A stretch of 64,000 nucleotides of DNA from an uncultured Candidatus Saccharibacteria bacterium (GCA_964582295.1 CAZOQP010000002.1:8563-72562); one strand, 5' to 3'; positions 25,752-35,326 are shown, counted from the first letter of the stretch. Numbers and translations: made by a program. The notes: generated by a model from the sequence alone, not told the origin.

Positions 25752-26851
25752 TGCTTACAGTAATAATATTTTTGGTCATATTGAGCGTGCTCGTGGCAGT
25801 GCACGAGGGTGGCCACTTCGCGGCCGCGAAGTGGGCCGGCGCGCGCGTCAAAGAATACGCTATCGGTTTTCCGCCGCGTATTTTTTCCCGTCGCAAGGGA
25901 CACACTCTTTATAGTTTAGGCGCGGTGCCATTCGGAGGTTTTGTGGCTATTGCCGGGGAAGAGGGTGAGGATGAGGAAGGTGAAGAGAAGATACCTATTG
26001 AAGAAAAACTTTCGGCCAAGCATCCTTTCAAAAAAATACTGGTTCTTGCGGCGGGTGTAACGGCCAATGTGGTTTTTGCTTGGTTCCTCCTTTCTATTAC
26101 TCTTGCGATGGGAACTTACGAGCCGGTGGCTGCCGGAGCGCCAGTACCCGAGAATGCAGAAGTGCTTTTGGTTTCCATCACTCCGCAGTCGCCCGCATCT
26201 GAAGCTGGCCTTTCCGCGGGAGACAGAGTTCTCAAACTCACATCTCTCAACGATACAGTGATCCCGAAAACTGCCGAGGATATGGTGGATTTTCTTTCAC
26301 GTCATCAGAACGACAAGATATCTCTTAATGTCTTGAGTGCCGGAGTAGAAAAAAATATTTCCGGAATATCCGCGGTAGAAGGAATAGCTGAAGGTAAAAA
26401 AGCGCTTGGTGTGGGAGTGAGTACTGCTGTAAAACGCTCATATTCTCTGCCTGTGGCTTTTGTGAAAGGAGTGAGTGTAACAGGGCAAACCCTTGAAATG
26501 ATCACTGTCGGTACCGGGCATGCATTGTGGGAAATAATCCATGGTCGCGGAGGGTTCCAGGATATTTCAGGACCTGTCGGTATCGGGAAAATAGTGGGGG
26601 AGGCGAGAACTCTTGGGCTGGTTTCTGTCATAACTTTTGCGGCGTTCATTTCTTTAAACCTTGCCATCATAAATATATTGCCGTTCCCTGCGCTTGATGG
26701 CGGACGTATTCTTTTCACGATATTTGAATGGATAACGGGCAAGCCAGTGTCCACCAAGATCTCGCGCGCTGTGCATGGTGCGGGCTTCGCATTTTTGATA
26801 TTTCTTATGCTCATCGTGACAGTTCACGACATCTCCCGTCTGTTTTCTTGA
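25751..26851 (+). CDS. rseP: RIP zinc metalloprotease RseP (site-2 protease, M50 family, with PDZ domain)
   Basis: HEGGH zinc motif in the first TM, a PDZ segment, and the C-terminal LNLAIINILPFPALDGG motif. Confidence 0.85.
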   Translation: MLTVIIFLVILSVLVAVHEGGHFAAAKWAGARVKEYAIGFPPRIFSRRKGHTLYSLGAVPFGGFVAIAGEEGEDEEGEEKIPIEEKLSAKHPFKKILVLAAGVTANVVFAWFLLSITLAMGTYEPVAAGAPVPENAEVLLVSITPQSPASEAGLSAGDRVLKLTSLNDTVIPKTAEDMVDFLSRHQNDKISLNVLSAGVEKNISGISAVEGIAEGKKALGVGVSTAVKRSYSLPVAFVKGVSVTGQTLEMITVGTGHALWEIIHGRGGFQDISGPVGIGKIVGEARTLGLVSVITFAAFISLNLAIINILPFPALDGGRILFTIFEWITGKPVSTKISRAVHGAGFAFLIFLMLIVTVHDISRLFS

Positions 26852-26923
26852 CCAAACTAAACCTCTGTTTCAGGCCTTTTGTTTTAGCCCTCTTTTTGGA
26901 GTACAATTCGGGGACTTATATTT

Positions 26924-28174
26924 ATGAAGCAGTCCCGGCTTTTTAGTAAAACCCGTCGCGAGGGTCCAAAAGATGAGGTATCAAAAAACGCCCTGCTTTT
27001 GACCCGTGCCGGATATGTCCATAAAGAAATGGCGGGGGTGTATTCTTTCCTGCCGCTTGGCCTTCGTGTGATAGAGAATATAAAAAAAGTGGTGCGAGAG
27101 GAGATGGATGCTATTGGCGGGGAAGAGCTTCACTTGTCGGCCCTTCAGGATCCGGAGGTTTGGATGAAGAGCGAACGCTGGAATGATTCCGTTCTTGATG
27201 TGTGGTTCAAAACGAAACTCAAGAACGACTCCGAGCTCGGTTTTGCGACCACTCATGAGGAGCCGCTGACGCGCATCATGCTTCAGAACATCCGCTCCTA
27301 CAAAGACCTCCCTGTTTATACATACCAATTCCAGACAAAGTTCAGGAATGAACTGCGCGCAAAATCGGGTATCCTCCGCGGACGCGAATTCCTGATGAAA
27401 GACCTGTATTCGTTCAACCGCTCACAGGAGGATCTAGATGCTTTTTATGAAAAAACAGCGGTTGCATACGAAAAAATCTGGGAGCGATTGGGGATAGGCG
27501 AGCGCACCTACAAAACTTTCTCGTCAGGAGGCGCCTTTTCAAAATGGAGCCATGAATATCAGACGATATGCGATTCCGGCGAAGACACCATTTATGTTGA
27601 TGAGAAAAAGCGCATAGCTGTCAACAGGGAAGTGAACACCCCTGAAATTCTGGAAGAGCTTGGTCTCAAGCAAACTGATCTGACGGAGAAGAAAGCGATA
27701 GAGGTCGGTAATATTTTCAAGCTAGGCACACGTTTTTCAGTACCTTTGGAGCTCAATTATCAGGATGAGGATGGTGTGATGAAGCCGGTCGTAATGGGCT
27801 CATATGGCATCGGTATTACCCGGCTCATGGGGGCATTGGTTGAAGTATTTGCAGATGAGAAAGGTATCGTATGGCCGAAAGAAGCAGCCCCTTATGAAGT
27901 ACATCTTGTATATATCCCGACAGATGATGCATCTGTAAAGCAAAAAGCCGACGATATGTATGAAAAACTTACCGCACGCGGCGTTCAGGTGCTTTATGAT
28001 GATCGAGATATCCGTGCAGGGGAGAAATTCGCCGAAAGCGATCTCTTAGGTATCCCGACAAGGGTCATCGTGAGTGAACGCTCTCTTAAGGAAGGCGAAG
28101 TTGAAGTGGTGGACAGGCAGACTGGAGAAACCAAAAAGATGCCTCTTGAAAAAGTGGCAGAAAAAATCTCGTAA
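26924..28174 (+). CDS. proS: prolyl-tRNA synthetase (short form lacking the editing insertion)
   Basis: Class II motifs (..FRNELRAKSGILRGREFLMKD.., ..GSYGIGITR..) and a C-terminal anticodon-binding domain. 416 aa. Confidence 0.8.
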   Translation: MKQSRLFSKTRREGPKDEVSKNALLLTRAGYVHKEMAGVYSFLPLGLRVIENIKKVVREEMDAIGGEELHLSALQDPEVWMKSERWNDSVLDVWFKTKLKNDSELGFATTHEEPLTRIMLQNIRSYKDLPVYTYQFQTKFRNELRAKSGILRGREFLMKDLYSFNRSQEDLDAFYEKTAVAYEKIWERLGIGERTYKTFSSGGAFSKWSHEYQTICDSGEDTIYVDEKKRIAVNREVNTPEILEELGLKQTDLTEKKAIEVGNIFKLGTRFSVPLELNYQDEDGVMKPVVMGSYGIGITRLMGALVEVFADEKGIVWPKEAAPYEVHLVYIPTDDASVKQKADDMYEKLTARGVQVLYDDRDIRAGEKFAESDLLGIPTRVIVSERSLKEGEVEVVDRQTGETKKMPLEKVAEKIS

Positions 28175-28185
28175 AAAATTCTTAT

Positions 28186-29259
28186 ATGGCAGAACGGAAG
28201 AAATTGACGCTTAGGGAAAGAATAAGGCGGTCGCTCTCAAACGACATCGGTATTGACCTTGGGACAGCGAACACGCTGGTCTTCGTGAAAGGTCGCGGAG
28301 TCGTTATCAACGAGCCGTCGGTGGTTGCTATCAACCAGAAAACCGGAGCGGTGGTGGCGGTAGGGAAGGAAGCACGTGACATGCTTGGCCGCACGCCCGG
28401 ACACATTATCGCTGTAAGGCCGGTCGTTGATGGTGTGATATCGGACTTTGAAGTAACAGAGGAAATGATCTCCTATCTTCTTTCGCGGGCGCAGGAAGGA
28501 CACAGGAAAATGCTCGGGCCGCGCGTGGTAGTTGGGGTGCCGTCGGGTATTACGAATGTGGAGATAAGGGCCGTTCGCGATGCTTGCCAGAACGCAGGGG
28601 CTAGCGAAGTGCATATCGTGGAAGAACCAATGGCGGCGGCTATCGGCATGCGCTTACCAGTGAAAGAGCCGGTCGGAAGCATGGTGATAGATATAGGCGG
28701 AGGTACTACGGACATCGCCGTCATTTCTCTTTCAGGTATCGTGCGTGCAAAAAATATACGTCTTGCGGGAGATGCTTTCAATGAGAACATCGCATCTTAT
28801 GTGCGGAATGAATTCAAAATATTAGTAGGAGAAAAAACGGCGGAGGAAGTGAAAATGTCTATCGGCTCGGTGCTTCCGGATGGGGAGTCGGCTGAAGCAG
28901 TGGTAAGAGGGAGGGATTTGGTGACCGGTTTACCGAGAGAGGTTGCTGTGACGGATGCGGATATCCGCGAGGCCATCGGTATTTCAGTCGGCAGCATAAT
29001 AGAAGGTGCGCGGGAAGTTTTGGAAACCACTCCGCCTGAAATTCTTTCGGACATCATGCACAGGGGAGTGTATCTTGCGGGCGGCGGTGCTATCTTCAAA
29101 GGATTGCCGGAACTTTTAGAGCATGAATTGAAGATACCGGTTCATGTGCCGCCTGACCCTCTGCTTGCAGTAGTTCGTGGCACCGCCGCCATCCTTGACG
29201 ATATTGATTACTGGAAAGATATTTTAATCGTCAACGAAGATGATATATCGGCCTCATAA
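28186..29259 (+). CDS. mreB: rod shape-determining protein MreB (paralogue 2, heads the mreBCD-mrdA operon)
   Basis: IGIDLGTANTLVFV, NEPSVVAI, DIGGGTTDIAVISLSGIV motifs. Followed by mreC. Confidence 0.9.
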   Translation: MAERKKLTLRERIRRSLSNDIGIDLGTANTLVFVKGRGVVINEPSVVAINQKTGAVVAVGKEARDMLGRTPGHIIAVRPVVDGVISDFEVTEEMISYLLSRAQEGHRKMLGPRVVVGVPSGITNVEIRAVRDACQNAGASEVHIVEEPMAAAIGMRLPVKEPVGSMVIDIGGGTTDIAVISLSGIVRAKNIRLAGDAFNENIASYVRNEFKILVGEKTAEEVKMSIGSVLPDGESAEAVVRGRDLVTGLPREVAVTDADIREAIGISVGSIIEGAREVLETTPPEILSDIMHRGVYLAGGGAIFKGLPELLEHELKIPVHVPPDPLLAVVRGTAAILDDIDYWKDILIVNEDDISAS

Positions 29260-30001
29260 AAACAGAAAAAATACTCCGAACTTCAGAGTGGTAATCGTTC
29301 TGGTGGTTGCTCTTTGCTTGGGGTTTATTCCGTTCATCCGCAATTTAGTTATAACAGCTTACGCACATAGCGCCTGGTTCGTGCGGGAATTCACGGTCCA
29401 TACTTTAGAAAAAGTCGCTTATCCGTGGAGGGAGGACAAGTCAAATACAGAGGATGAACCCCGTCAGGAAGTGGAGAGCGCGGAGCTCTCCTTGCTTAGA
29501 AAAGAGAATGAAGACCTGAAGGAGCTTCTTGGCCGCAAACCGACAGGGGCGGCTGTCCTCAGCCGTGTGCTCCTGAAGCCGCCCCAGGCCCCCTACGATG
29601 AGCTAGTGCTTGATGTGGGGCAGGATGAGGGGGTGGCCGATGGTGCGGAGCTTTACGACAAAAGCGGGGCTATCGTCGGAGTTGTTACATCAGCTGCGGA
29701 TTCCTTTTCTAGGGCACGCCTTTTCACCTCTCCCGGCGAAACTATAGAGGCAGAGCTTCTCTCAAGCGGCATCGTACTTCCTCTTTTAGGGTATGGCGAC
29801 GGAACATTCAAAGTGGAAGTGCCACGCGGGTTCGCAGTATCCGTCGGAGATGTGTTTGTGCTCCCCGGTCTCAAGAGCCATCCGCTCGCAAGTGTTGCAA
29901 GTATTGAAGAAGAGACTGGCGGCTCTTTCAAAACAATTTTTGCTCGTGGTGTTTTTGAACCCCGCCGCCTCACTTGGGTTTTTGTAGAGACGAAAAAATA
30001 A
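29240..30001 (+). CDS. mreC: rod shape-determining protein MreC
   Basis: N-terminal TM, coiled-coil LLRKENEDLKELL, then the PYDELVLDVG beta domain. Operon position after mreB. Confidence 0.75.
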   Translation: MIYRPHKNRKNTPNFRVVIVLVVALCLGFIPFIRNLVITAYAHSAWFVREFTVHTLEKVAYPWREDKSNTEDEPRQEVESAELSLLRKENEDLKELLGRKPTGAAVLSRVLLKPPQAPYDELVLDVGQDEGVADGAELYDKSGAIVGVVTSAADSFSRARLFTSPGETIEAELLSSGIVLPLLGYGDGTFKVEVPRGFAVSVGDVFVLPGLKSHPLASVASIEEETGGSFKTIFARGVFEPRRLTWVFVETKK

Positions 30002-30005
30002 AGAT

Positions 30006-30257
30006 ATGAGAAAAAATTATTGGTTGCGGGGTATTATTTTTGCGGGAGTTTTAATACTTTCTTTTTTCGTACCGTGGCAGCTGACGGCTCTTTTAGTAAT
30101 TCTCGCTTCTCTTGCTGTGCCATACCCACTAGAATACGCGATTATCACTATAGGGGTGTTTGGCATCGGCTTGTTATTCTATTTATTCTTGACGACGGCT
30201 CTTTTGGGCGGCTTCGTGAGGTCTCGTACTCGTATCGGAAGTCTCTTGCCGCTATAA
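30006..30257 (+). CDS. mreD: putative MreD (small polytopic membrane protein)
   Basis: 83 aa, fully hydrophobic, sitting between mreC and mrdA. Confidence 0.45.
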   Translation: MRKNYWLRGIIFAGVLILSFFVPWQLTALLVILASLAVPYPLEYAIITIGVFGIGLLFYLFLTTALLGGFVRSRTRIGSLLPL

Positions 30258-30265
30258 TTGCGGGC

Positions 30266-32002
30266 ATGAGGTTTTCCTTCAAAAATTTATTCAAAAAGCG
30301 TGGTCCCGGCCACGAAATTGCTCCGGAAGAAATATTGGCGGACGCTTCAAACCTCATCCATACAGACACCGGTAACATGGAGGGACACCTTATTCTTCCT
30401 ATAGAAAGGTCCTCATACGTTCTCCTTGTTGCTGTTCTTGTGTTTTTGACCCTCTTTGCGACAGTGCGCCTTTTTAATCTTCAGGTAGTGCGCGGGCAGG
30501 AGCTCGCTAAAAGGAGCGCCACCAACTCTTTGGATAAAACGATTGTCTTTGCGAACCGCGGGCTTATTTTTGACAGAACAGGTGAAGTGGTGGCAGGAAA
30601 TGCACCAGCTCAAAGATGGAGTGAAAGAAAATATTTGCCTCTCCCCGGTCTTTCGGTTATGGTCGGATATGTGGGATATCCGAAATCAGATTCAAGCGGC
30701 AATTTATACGACACAGCACTTGCCGGACGCGATGGGCTTGAAGAATATTTTGATGATGTACTTGCCGGAAGGAACGGCACTCTCATACGCGAAACAAATG
30801 CTTTGGGGGAGCTTGTTTCTGAAAGCACTGTGGAGAATCCGCGTGATGGGGTGAACATTACTCTCTCAATAGATGCGAAAGTTACCAGCCAGCTTTTCAC
30901 AGAACTCAAGGCACTTGCGGAGGAAAGAGGGTACGCGGGCGGAGCTGGTATTGTGATTGATATAGAGACCGGAGAAGTACTCGCTCTCACTTCATATCCT
31001 GAATACGACCACCAGGTGATGGTAGATGGAAAAGATAACAATGCCATTTCGGCATTTCTCGGGAATAAGAATAATCCTTTCCTTGACCGTGCATCCCAGG
31101 GTCTTTACATCCCGGGTTCTATCATGAAGCCCTACATGGCAGTAGGTGCGCTTGAGGAGAATATTGTTGATCCGCTTAAAAATTTCATGGCGAACGGAGA
31201 GATACGTGTTCCTAATCCTTATGATCCTAAGAACCCGACTATTTTCAAAGACTGGAAAGTGCACGGAATGGTTGATATGCGGAGGGCGCTTGCTGTTTCT
31301 TCAAACGTTTATTTTTTCACAATTGGTGCCGGCTATGAGGGGCAGAGGGGATTAGGTATTTCCAAGATAGAAGAATATATGCGCATGTTCGGATTCGGAG
31401 AAAAAACTGGTATTGAAATAGATGGAGAGGAAGAGGGTAACGTGCCGAGCCCCGAATGGAAGGAGGAAACTTTTCCGGATGATACTACCTGGCGCCTCGG
31501 AGATACTTACAATAGTTCTATCGGGCAATACGGATTTTCGATAACACCCATTCAGGCCGTACGGGCGACAGCGGCCCTCGCGAACGGCGGGTTTTTAGTG
31601 ACACCTACTCTTATAAAAGATGACGAGCAAAATCAGGATCTCCAAAAAGTGCTTTCCCAAAAAGGGGTGGAGTTAAAAAGAGAAAAAGAAACTGTTCCTG
31701 TGGCCCGTGAAAATATTCGCATAGTGCAGGAGGGAATGAGAAAGGCCGTGCTTGAGGGAACCGCTTCCGGATTGAATATTCCTGCCGTCGCCGTGGCCGC
31801 CAAGACGGGTACTGCAGAGCTTGGTGTTACCAAGCAGGCCGTCAACTCATGGGTTATGGGATATTTCCCTTATCAAAATCCGCGTTATGCATTTGCTATT
31901 GCCATGGAAAAGGGGAGCCGCTCAAACACTGTGGGTGCCACTTATGCCATGCGCCGCCTTCTTGAATGGATGGCTATTTATGCGCCGGAATATTTAAAAT
32001 AA
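30266..32002 (+). CDS. mrdA: penicillin-binding protein 2 (class B transpeptidase)
   Basis: SxxK (GSIMKP), SxN (SSNVYF) and KTGTA motifs. Start at MRFSF (30266); the longer ORF from 30020 overlaps mreD out of frame. Confidence 0.85.
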   Translation: MRFSFKNLFKKRGPGHEIAPEEILADASNLIHTDTGNMEGHLILPIERSSYVLLVAVLVFLTLFATVRLFNLQVVRGQELAKRSATNSLDKTIVFANRGLIFDRTGEVVAGNAPAQRWSERKYLPLPGLSVMVGYVGYPKSDSSGNLYDTALAGRDGLEEYFDDVLAGRNGTLIRETNALGELVSESTVENPRDGVNITLSIDAKVTSQLFTELKALAEERGYAGGAGIVIDIETGEVLALTSYPEYDHQVMVDGKDNNAISAFLGNKNNPFLDRASQGLYIPGSIMKPYMAVGALEENIVDPLKNFMANGEIRVPNPYDPKNPTIFKDWKVHGMVDMRRALAVSSNVYFFTIGAGYEGQRGLGISKIEEYMRMFGFGEKTGIEIDGEEEGNVPSPEWKEETFPDDTTWRLGDTYNSSIGQYGFSITPIQAVRATAALANGGFLVTPTLIKDDEQNQDLQKVLSQKGVELKREKETVPVARENIRIVQEGMRKAVLEGTASGLNIPAVAVAAKTGTAELGVTKQAVNSWVMGYFPYQNPRYAFAIAMEKGSRSNTVGATYAMRRLLEWMAIYAPEYLK

Positions 32003-32006
32003 AAAG

Positions 32007-32194
32007 TCGCTCAGATAACACCCTTTTTCAAACAGCTGCCGCTCCGGCGGTTACGAAATCATAGTCGTCTCATAACGTAAAATGGGCAACTCGTCGGCAC
32101 AATCCGCCTCCTCAAACACTCCCATTTTCCTACTCAACTCCTTGATTTCTAAAACCACCTCCCGCTTGTGTGAAAAAGGGTATTATCTTCGCTC
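32007..32194. repeat. intergenic palindromic repeat element, family member C1 (188 bp, TCGCTC-bounded)
   Basis: Starts 4 nt after the mrdA stop. Terminal arms agataacaccctttttcaaacag / ctt(g)tgtgaaaaagggtattatct. Starts aaaagtcgctc like member A. Confidence 0.6.
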
Positions 32195-32212
32195 CTTAAG
32201 GATTATAACTTA

Positions 32213-32318
32213 GAGCGAGGGGTGATGACGAAAAGAGGCTGTGCAGCGCGACGGCGCGAGGGTGAGCAAAAAATCAGCAGATTTTTATGCGTACTCTTTT
32301 CGTCATCACCCCGAGCGA
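32213..32318. repeat. intergenic palindromic repeat element, family member C (inverted copy of B; GAGCGA-bounded)
   Basis: 105/106 identical to the reverse complement of 23686-23791. Flanks outside the hexamers are unrelated between the two copies. Lies 18 nt after member C1. Confidence 0.75.
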
Positions 32319-32399
32319 CTACTGTTTGAAAAATGCTGCATTTTGAGCGGTCTTCATTGACAGGACGCCCCTTTACTCTATAATGCCGAGGAATTAAAT

Positions 32400-32867
32400 A
32401 TGAAGGAAGAAGGCACATACCTCACCAAAGAAAAATTTGATGAGTTCAAGACGGAACTCGATCACCTTACTCATGTAAGGCGCAAAGAAGTTGCTGAAAG
32501 TTTGGAATACGCAAAAGCTTTGGGAGATCTTTCGGAGAATGCAGAGTATCACGAAGCCCGCGATATGCAGGCGTCAATTGAAGACAGGATAGCCAAACTG
32601 GAGCAGATATTGAAATCCGCCGTCATTATAAAAGACCACGATACTGCCAAGGCATCTATTGGCTCACAGGTCACCATCCGCAAGGAAGGCGAAAAAGAAA
32701 AGAAGGTCTTCACTTTGGTGAGCCCGGAAGAAGCCGATCCGCGCGAAGGCAAGATCTCTATAAAATCTCCATTAGGCGGGGCAATGTTTGAAAAGAAGAA
32801 AGGGGAATCTTTTTCCTTCAAAACTCCGTCAGGCATCATGACCTACGAAATTCTTGGTATAGAATAG
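32400..32867 (+). CDS. greA: transcription elongation factor GreA
   Basis: N-terminal coiled coil (...LTHVRRKEVAESLEYAKALGDLSENAEYHEARD...) and C-terminal FKBP-like domain. 155 aa. Confidence 0.9.
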   Translation: MKEEGTYLTKEKFDEFKTELDHLTHVRRKEVAESLEYAKALGDLSENAEYHEARDMQASIEDRIAKLEQILKSAVIIKDHDTAKASIGSQVTIRKEGEKEKKVFTLVSPEEADPREGKISIKSPLGGAMFEKKKGESFSFKTPSGIMTYEILGIE

Positions 32868-32874
32868 AGAGAGT

Positions 32875-34368
32875 ATGGCTTCCATAGAAGAGATAAGAGA
32901 AGGGAGACTGGAGAAATTAAAACATCTCAACTCCAAGGGTATGAATCCGTACCCTATTTCTTCGCGCCAGGAATACACCTGCGTGCAGGCGGTAGAGAAT
33001 TTTGAAAAATTATCTCAGTCCGGAAAATCAATAAGTATGGTGGGTAGAATAATGTCTATCCGCGCCCAAGGGAAAATAACTTTCTTCCACTTTGATGATG
33101 GTACAGGGCGTTTTCAGGCACTCCTTAAATCAGGAGAGGGAATAGATGAGGAAGGTTTTGAACTTTTTGAAAGAGCTTTTGATATCGGTGATTTCATAGA
33201 GGTTAAAGGCACTTTGTTCCTTACAAAAAAAGGGGAACAAACCATTCTTGGAGAATCCGTGAAAATGCTTTCTAAATCTTTGCGTCCACTGCCTGAAAAA
33301 TGGCACGGCCTTCAGGATGTAGAAGAGCGTTTCAGAAAAAGATATCTGGATCTTGTGTCCAACCCGGAGGTCAAAGCAAGGTTCACTATGCGTTCAAAGA
33401 TCATTTCAAACATCAGGTTATTCCTAGACGAGGCGGGGTATTTAGAGGTGGAAACACCCGTTCTTCAACCTCAATACGGAGGAGCTACAGCCGAGCCATT
33501 CATTACCCACCACAACGCCATGGATATTGACCTGTTTTTGCGGATATCGGATGAGCTATATCTCAAAAGACTTCTCATTGGCGGATTTCCGAAAATATAT
33601 GAGATATCAAAAGATTTCAGGAATGAAGGCATTGATATGACCCACTGGCCGGAATTCACAATGCTTGAATATTACGAAGCGTATTCTGATGCGGAGAAGC
33701 AGAGGGATTTCGTGGAAAAAATGATGAAGTCTTTGTCAAAGATTACATCCGAAAGCGGAGTTATTAATTTTGAAGGAAAGGAAATAGATTTCAATAAAAA
33801 GTTTGAGGTCAAGAAATATTCAGACGCTATTTCTGAATTCACTGAATTAAAGGATCCTCTAAATACTCCTCATGGAGATCTTTTGAAGGAGGCCGAAAGG
33901 GTGGGGGCAAAAGTGAACCCTTCCGACAGCCCTGTAAAGATCATAGATGGAATATTCAAAAAAGCTGTCAGGCCGAATCTGTGGAGCCCTGTTTTTCTTG
34001 TTGATTACCCGATAGACTATCTGCCTCTTACCAAAAAGAAAGAAGACAATCCGAAGCTCGTAGACGCTTTCCAATTTTATGCAGGAGGGATAGAGCTTGT
34101 GAAAGCATTTTCTGAATTGAATGACCCGATAGATCAGAGGGAAAGATTCATGGGCCAGGAAAAAGTTTTAGAAAAAGGCGAGAAAGATGCTCAGCGCCTG
34201 GATGAAGAATTCCTTGAAGCTATGGAATACGGAATGCCACCGGCGGGTGGAGTGGGTATAGGCATTGATCGTCTAGCAATGTTAATGACCGACGTAAGGA
34301 ATATAAAAGAAGTCATTCTTTTCCCCACGATGAGACCTCGTTCGAAGGATCAAAACCAAGACTTGTAA
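32875..34368 (+). CDS. lysS: lysyl-tRNA synthetase (class II)
   Basis: OB anticodon-binding domain then the class II core (..FRNEGIDMTHWPEFTMLEYYEAY.., ..GGVGIGIDRLAMLM..). Confidence 0.9.
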   Translation: MASIEEIREGRLEKLKHLNSKGMNPYPISSRQEYTCVQAVENFEKLSQSGKSISMVGRIMSIRAQGKITFFHFDDGTGRFQALLKSGEGIDEEGFELFERAFDIGDFIEVKGTLFLTKKGEQTILGESVKMLSKSLRPLPEKWHGLQDVEERFRKRYLDLVSNPEVKARFTMRSKIISNIRLFLDEAGYLEVETPVLQPQYGGATAEPFITHHNAMDIDLFLRISDELYLKRLLIGGFPKIYEISKDFRNEGIDMTHWPEFTMLEYYEAYSDAEKQRDFVEKMMKSLSKITSESGVINFEGKEIDFNKKFEVKKYSDAISEFTELKDPLNTPHGDLLKEAERVGAKVNPSDSPVKIIDGIFKKAVRPNLWSPVFLVDYPIDYLPLTKKKEDNPKLVDAFQFYAGGIELVKAFSELNDPIDQRERFMGQEKVLEKGEKDAQRLDEEFLEAMEYGMPPAGGVGIGIDRLAMLMTDVRNIKEVILFPTMRPRSKDQNQDL

Positions 34369-34425
34369 TAATCCTAGCTTTATTGTATGGTATGAAAGGA
34401 ACCTTTTCTCTTACGGGAGGAGGGA

Positions 34426-34515
34426 ATGAAAAACACTTGGACTGTTTTGGTCGCCATCGGGACATTCCTGAATACATTCGTTGAAGTAGTTGTGCTCGGA
34501 AAAAGAACCCAGTAG
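34426..34515 (+). CDS. unannotated 29-aa hydrophobic peptide with strong SD
   Basis: GGAGGAGGG sits 5 nt upstream of the ATG. Translation: MKNTWTVLVAIGTFLNTFVEVVVLGKRTQ, one TM-length helix. Confidence 0.3.
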   Translation: MKNTWTVLVAIGTFLNTFVEVVVLGKRTQ

Positions 34516-34545
34516 TAAAAAGTATTCAACCCGACGGAGGAGCGA

Positions 34546-34713
34546 ATGCAAACATGCGCGAAGTGTGGCCGGAAAGCACGAGGGTTTGAGGAAGCTTGTT
34601 CCGGGTGTGGTTCGGCACTGATGGCGGCCACGGTGTCTGACCAAGGGGAACTACCCCCAACAAGGGAATCGGATTTGCAGCACCGGTCCGACCCGGATCA
34701 CCTATCAATTTGA
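34546..34713 (+). CDS. unannotated 55-aa zinc-ribbon protein with strong SD
   Basis: GGAGGAG sits 5 nt upstream of the ATG. Translation: MQTCAKCGRKARGFEEACSGCGSALMAATVSDQGELPPTRESDLQHRSDPDHLSI (CxxC-x11-CxxC). Terminator follows. Confidence 0.35.
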   Translation: MQTCAKCGRKARGFEEACSGCGSALMAATVSDQGELPPTRESDLQHRSDPDHLSI

Positions 34714-34736
34714 CATCCGTACAGGATGAAGAAAAT

Positions 34737-34770
34737 ACCGCCCCGACATCGTGTCTGGGCGGTTTTTTTA
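34737..34770 (+). terminator. intrinsic terminator after the small-ORF pair
   Basis: accgccc-cgacatcgtgtct-gggcggt then ttttttt. Confidence 0.5.
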
Positions 34771-34785
34771 TTTATAAACCATAAA

Positions 34786-34862
34786 GTGGGAGGGTGTGGA
34801 TAACTCTGGGGTGTAGTGGGATAAAGTGGCATATACTTATATACAAGTGGGAAAAAGTGGGA
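34786..34862 (+). promoter_or_regulatory. array of six GTGGN direct repeats with 10-bp phasing upstream of mraZ (putative MraZ operator in the dcw promoter)
   Basis: GTGGG 34786, GTGGA 34796, GTGGG 34816, GTGGC 34826, GTGGG 34847, GTGGG 34857. Three pairs spaced 10 bp, pairs about 30 bp apart. Confidence 0.5.
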
Positions 34863-34882
34863 CACCCACCAAAAAGAGAAGA

Positions 34883-35317
34883 ATGCTTATCGGAGAATTC
34901 ACTCATGCTCTCGACGACAAAAAAAGAATCTCGCTGCCATCAAGATTCCGAAAAGAAGTCGGGGCAAAAATCGTTGTCACGTACGGGCTAGATAAGTGCC
35001 TTTGGCTTTTTCCGATGAAAGCCTGGGAAAAGATTTCCGACAAGCTCGCGAATTTGGGACTGGGGCAGGGCGGTAATCGCCAATTCACCAGAGCCATGTT
35101 CGGAGGAGCGGGGGAAATAGAAGTGGATTCCGCAGGAAGGATCCTACTGCCTGAATATCTCTGCGATCATGCAGATCTCAAAAGCAAGGTGGTCTTCGTA
35201 GGAATTCACGACAGGGTGGAGTTGTGGAATGAAAGACAGTGGCTCATGCACAAGAAGGGAGCCCTCAAGCAGGCCGAAGCGTTAGCGGAAAAACTCGGCG
35301 GCTTGGGCATCCTCTAA
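34883..35317 (+). CDS. mraZ: transcriptional regulator MraZ
   Basis: Two MraZ repeats (...LDDKKRISLP... and ...VDSAGRILLP...). Start at MLIGEF rather than the longer ORF, which would overlap the repeat array. Confidence 0.85.
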   Translation: MLIGEFTHALDDKKRISLPSRFRKEVGAKIVVTYGLDKCLWLFPMKAWEKISDKLANLGLGQGGNRQFTRAMFGGAGEIEVDSAGRILLPEYLCDHADLKSKVVFVGIHDRVELWNERQWLMHKKGALKQAEALAEKLGGLGIL

Positions 35318-35326
35318 ACCGCATGT

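Noticed and set aside
32203-32418. ORF 32203-32418 (-) across repeat element C and the greA start
   Set aside because: It lies on the palindromic element and overlaps the greA start; it has no ribosome-binding site and an arbitrary composition.
34380-34708. Minus-strand ORFs 34380-34631, 34411-34644 and 34526-34708
   Set aside because: They are antisense to the two plus-strand small ORFs, which have strong SD sequences and a terminator. The minus-strand frames lack starts with ribosome-binding sites and are Pro/Arg-rich.
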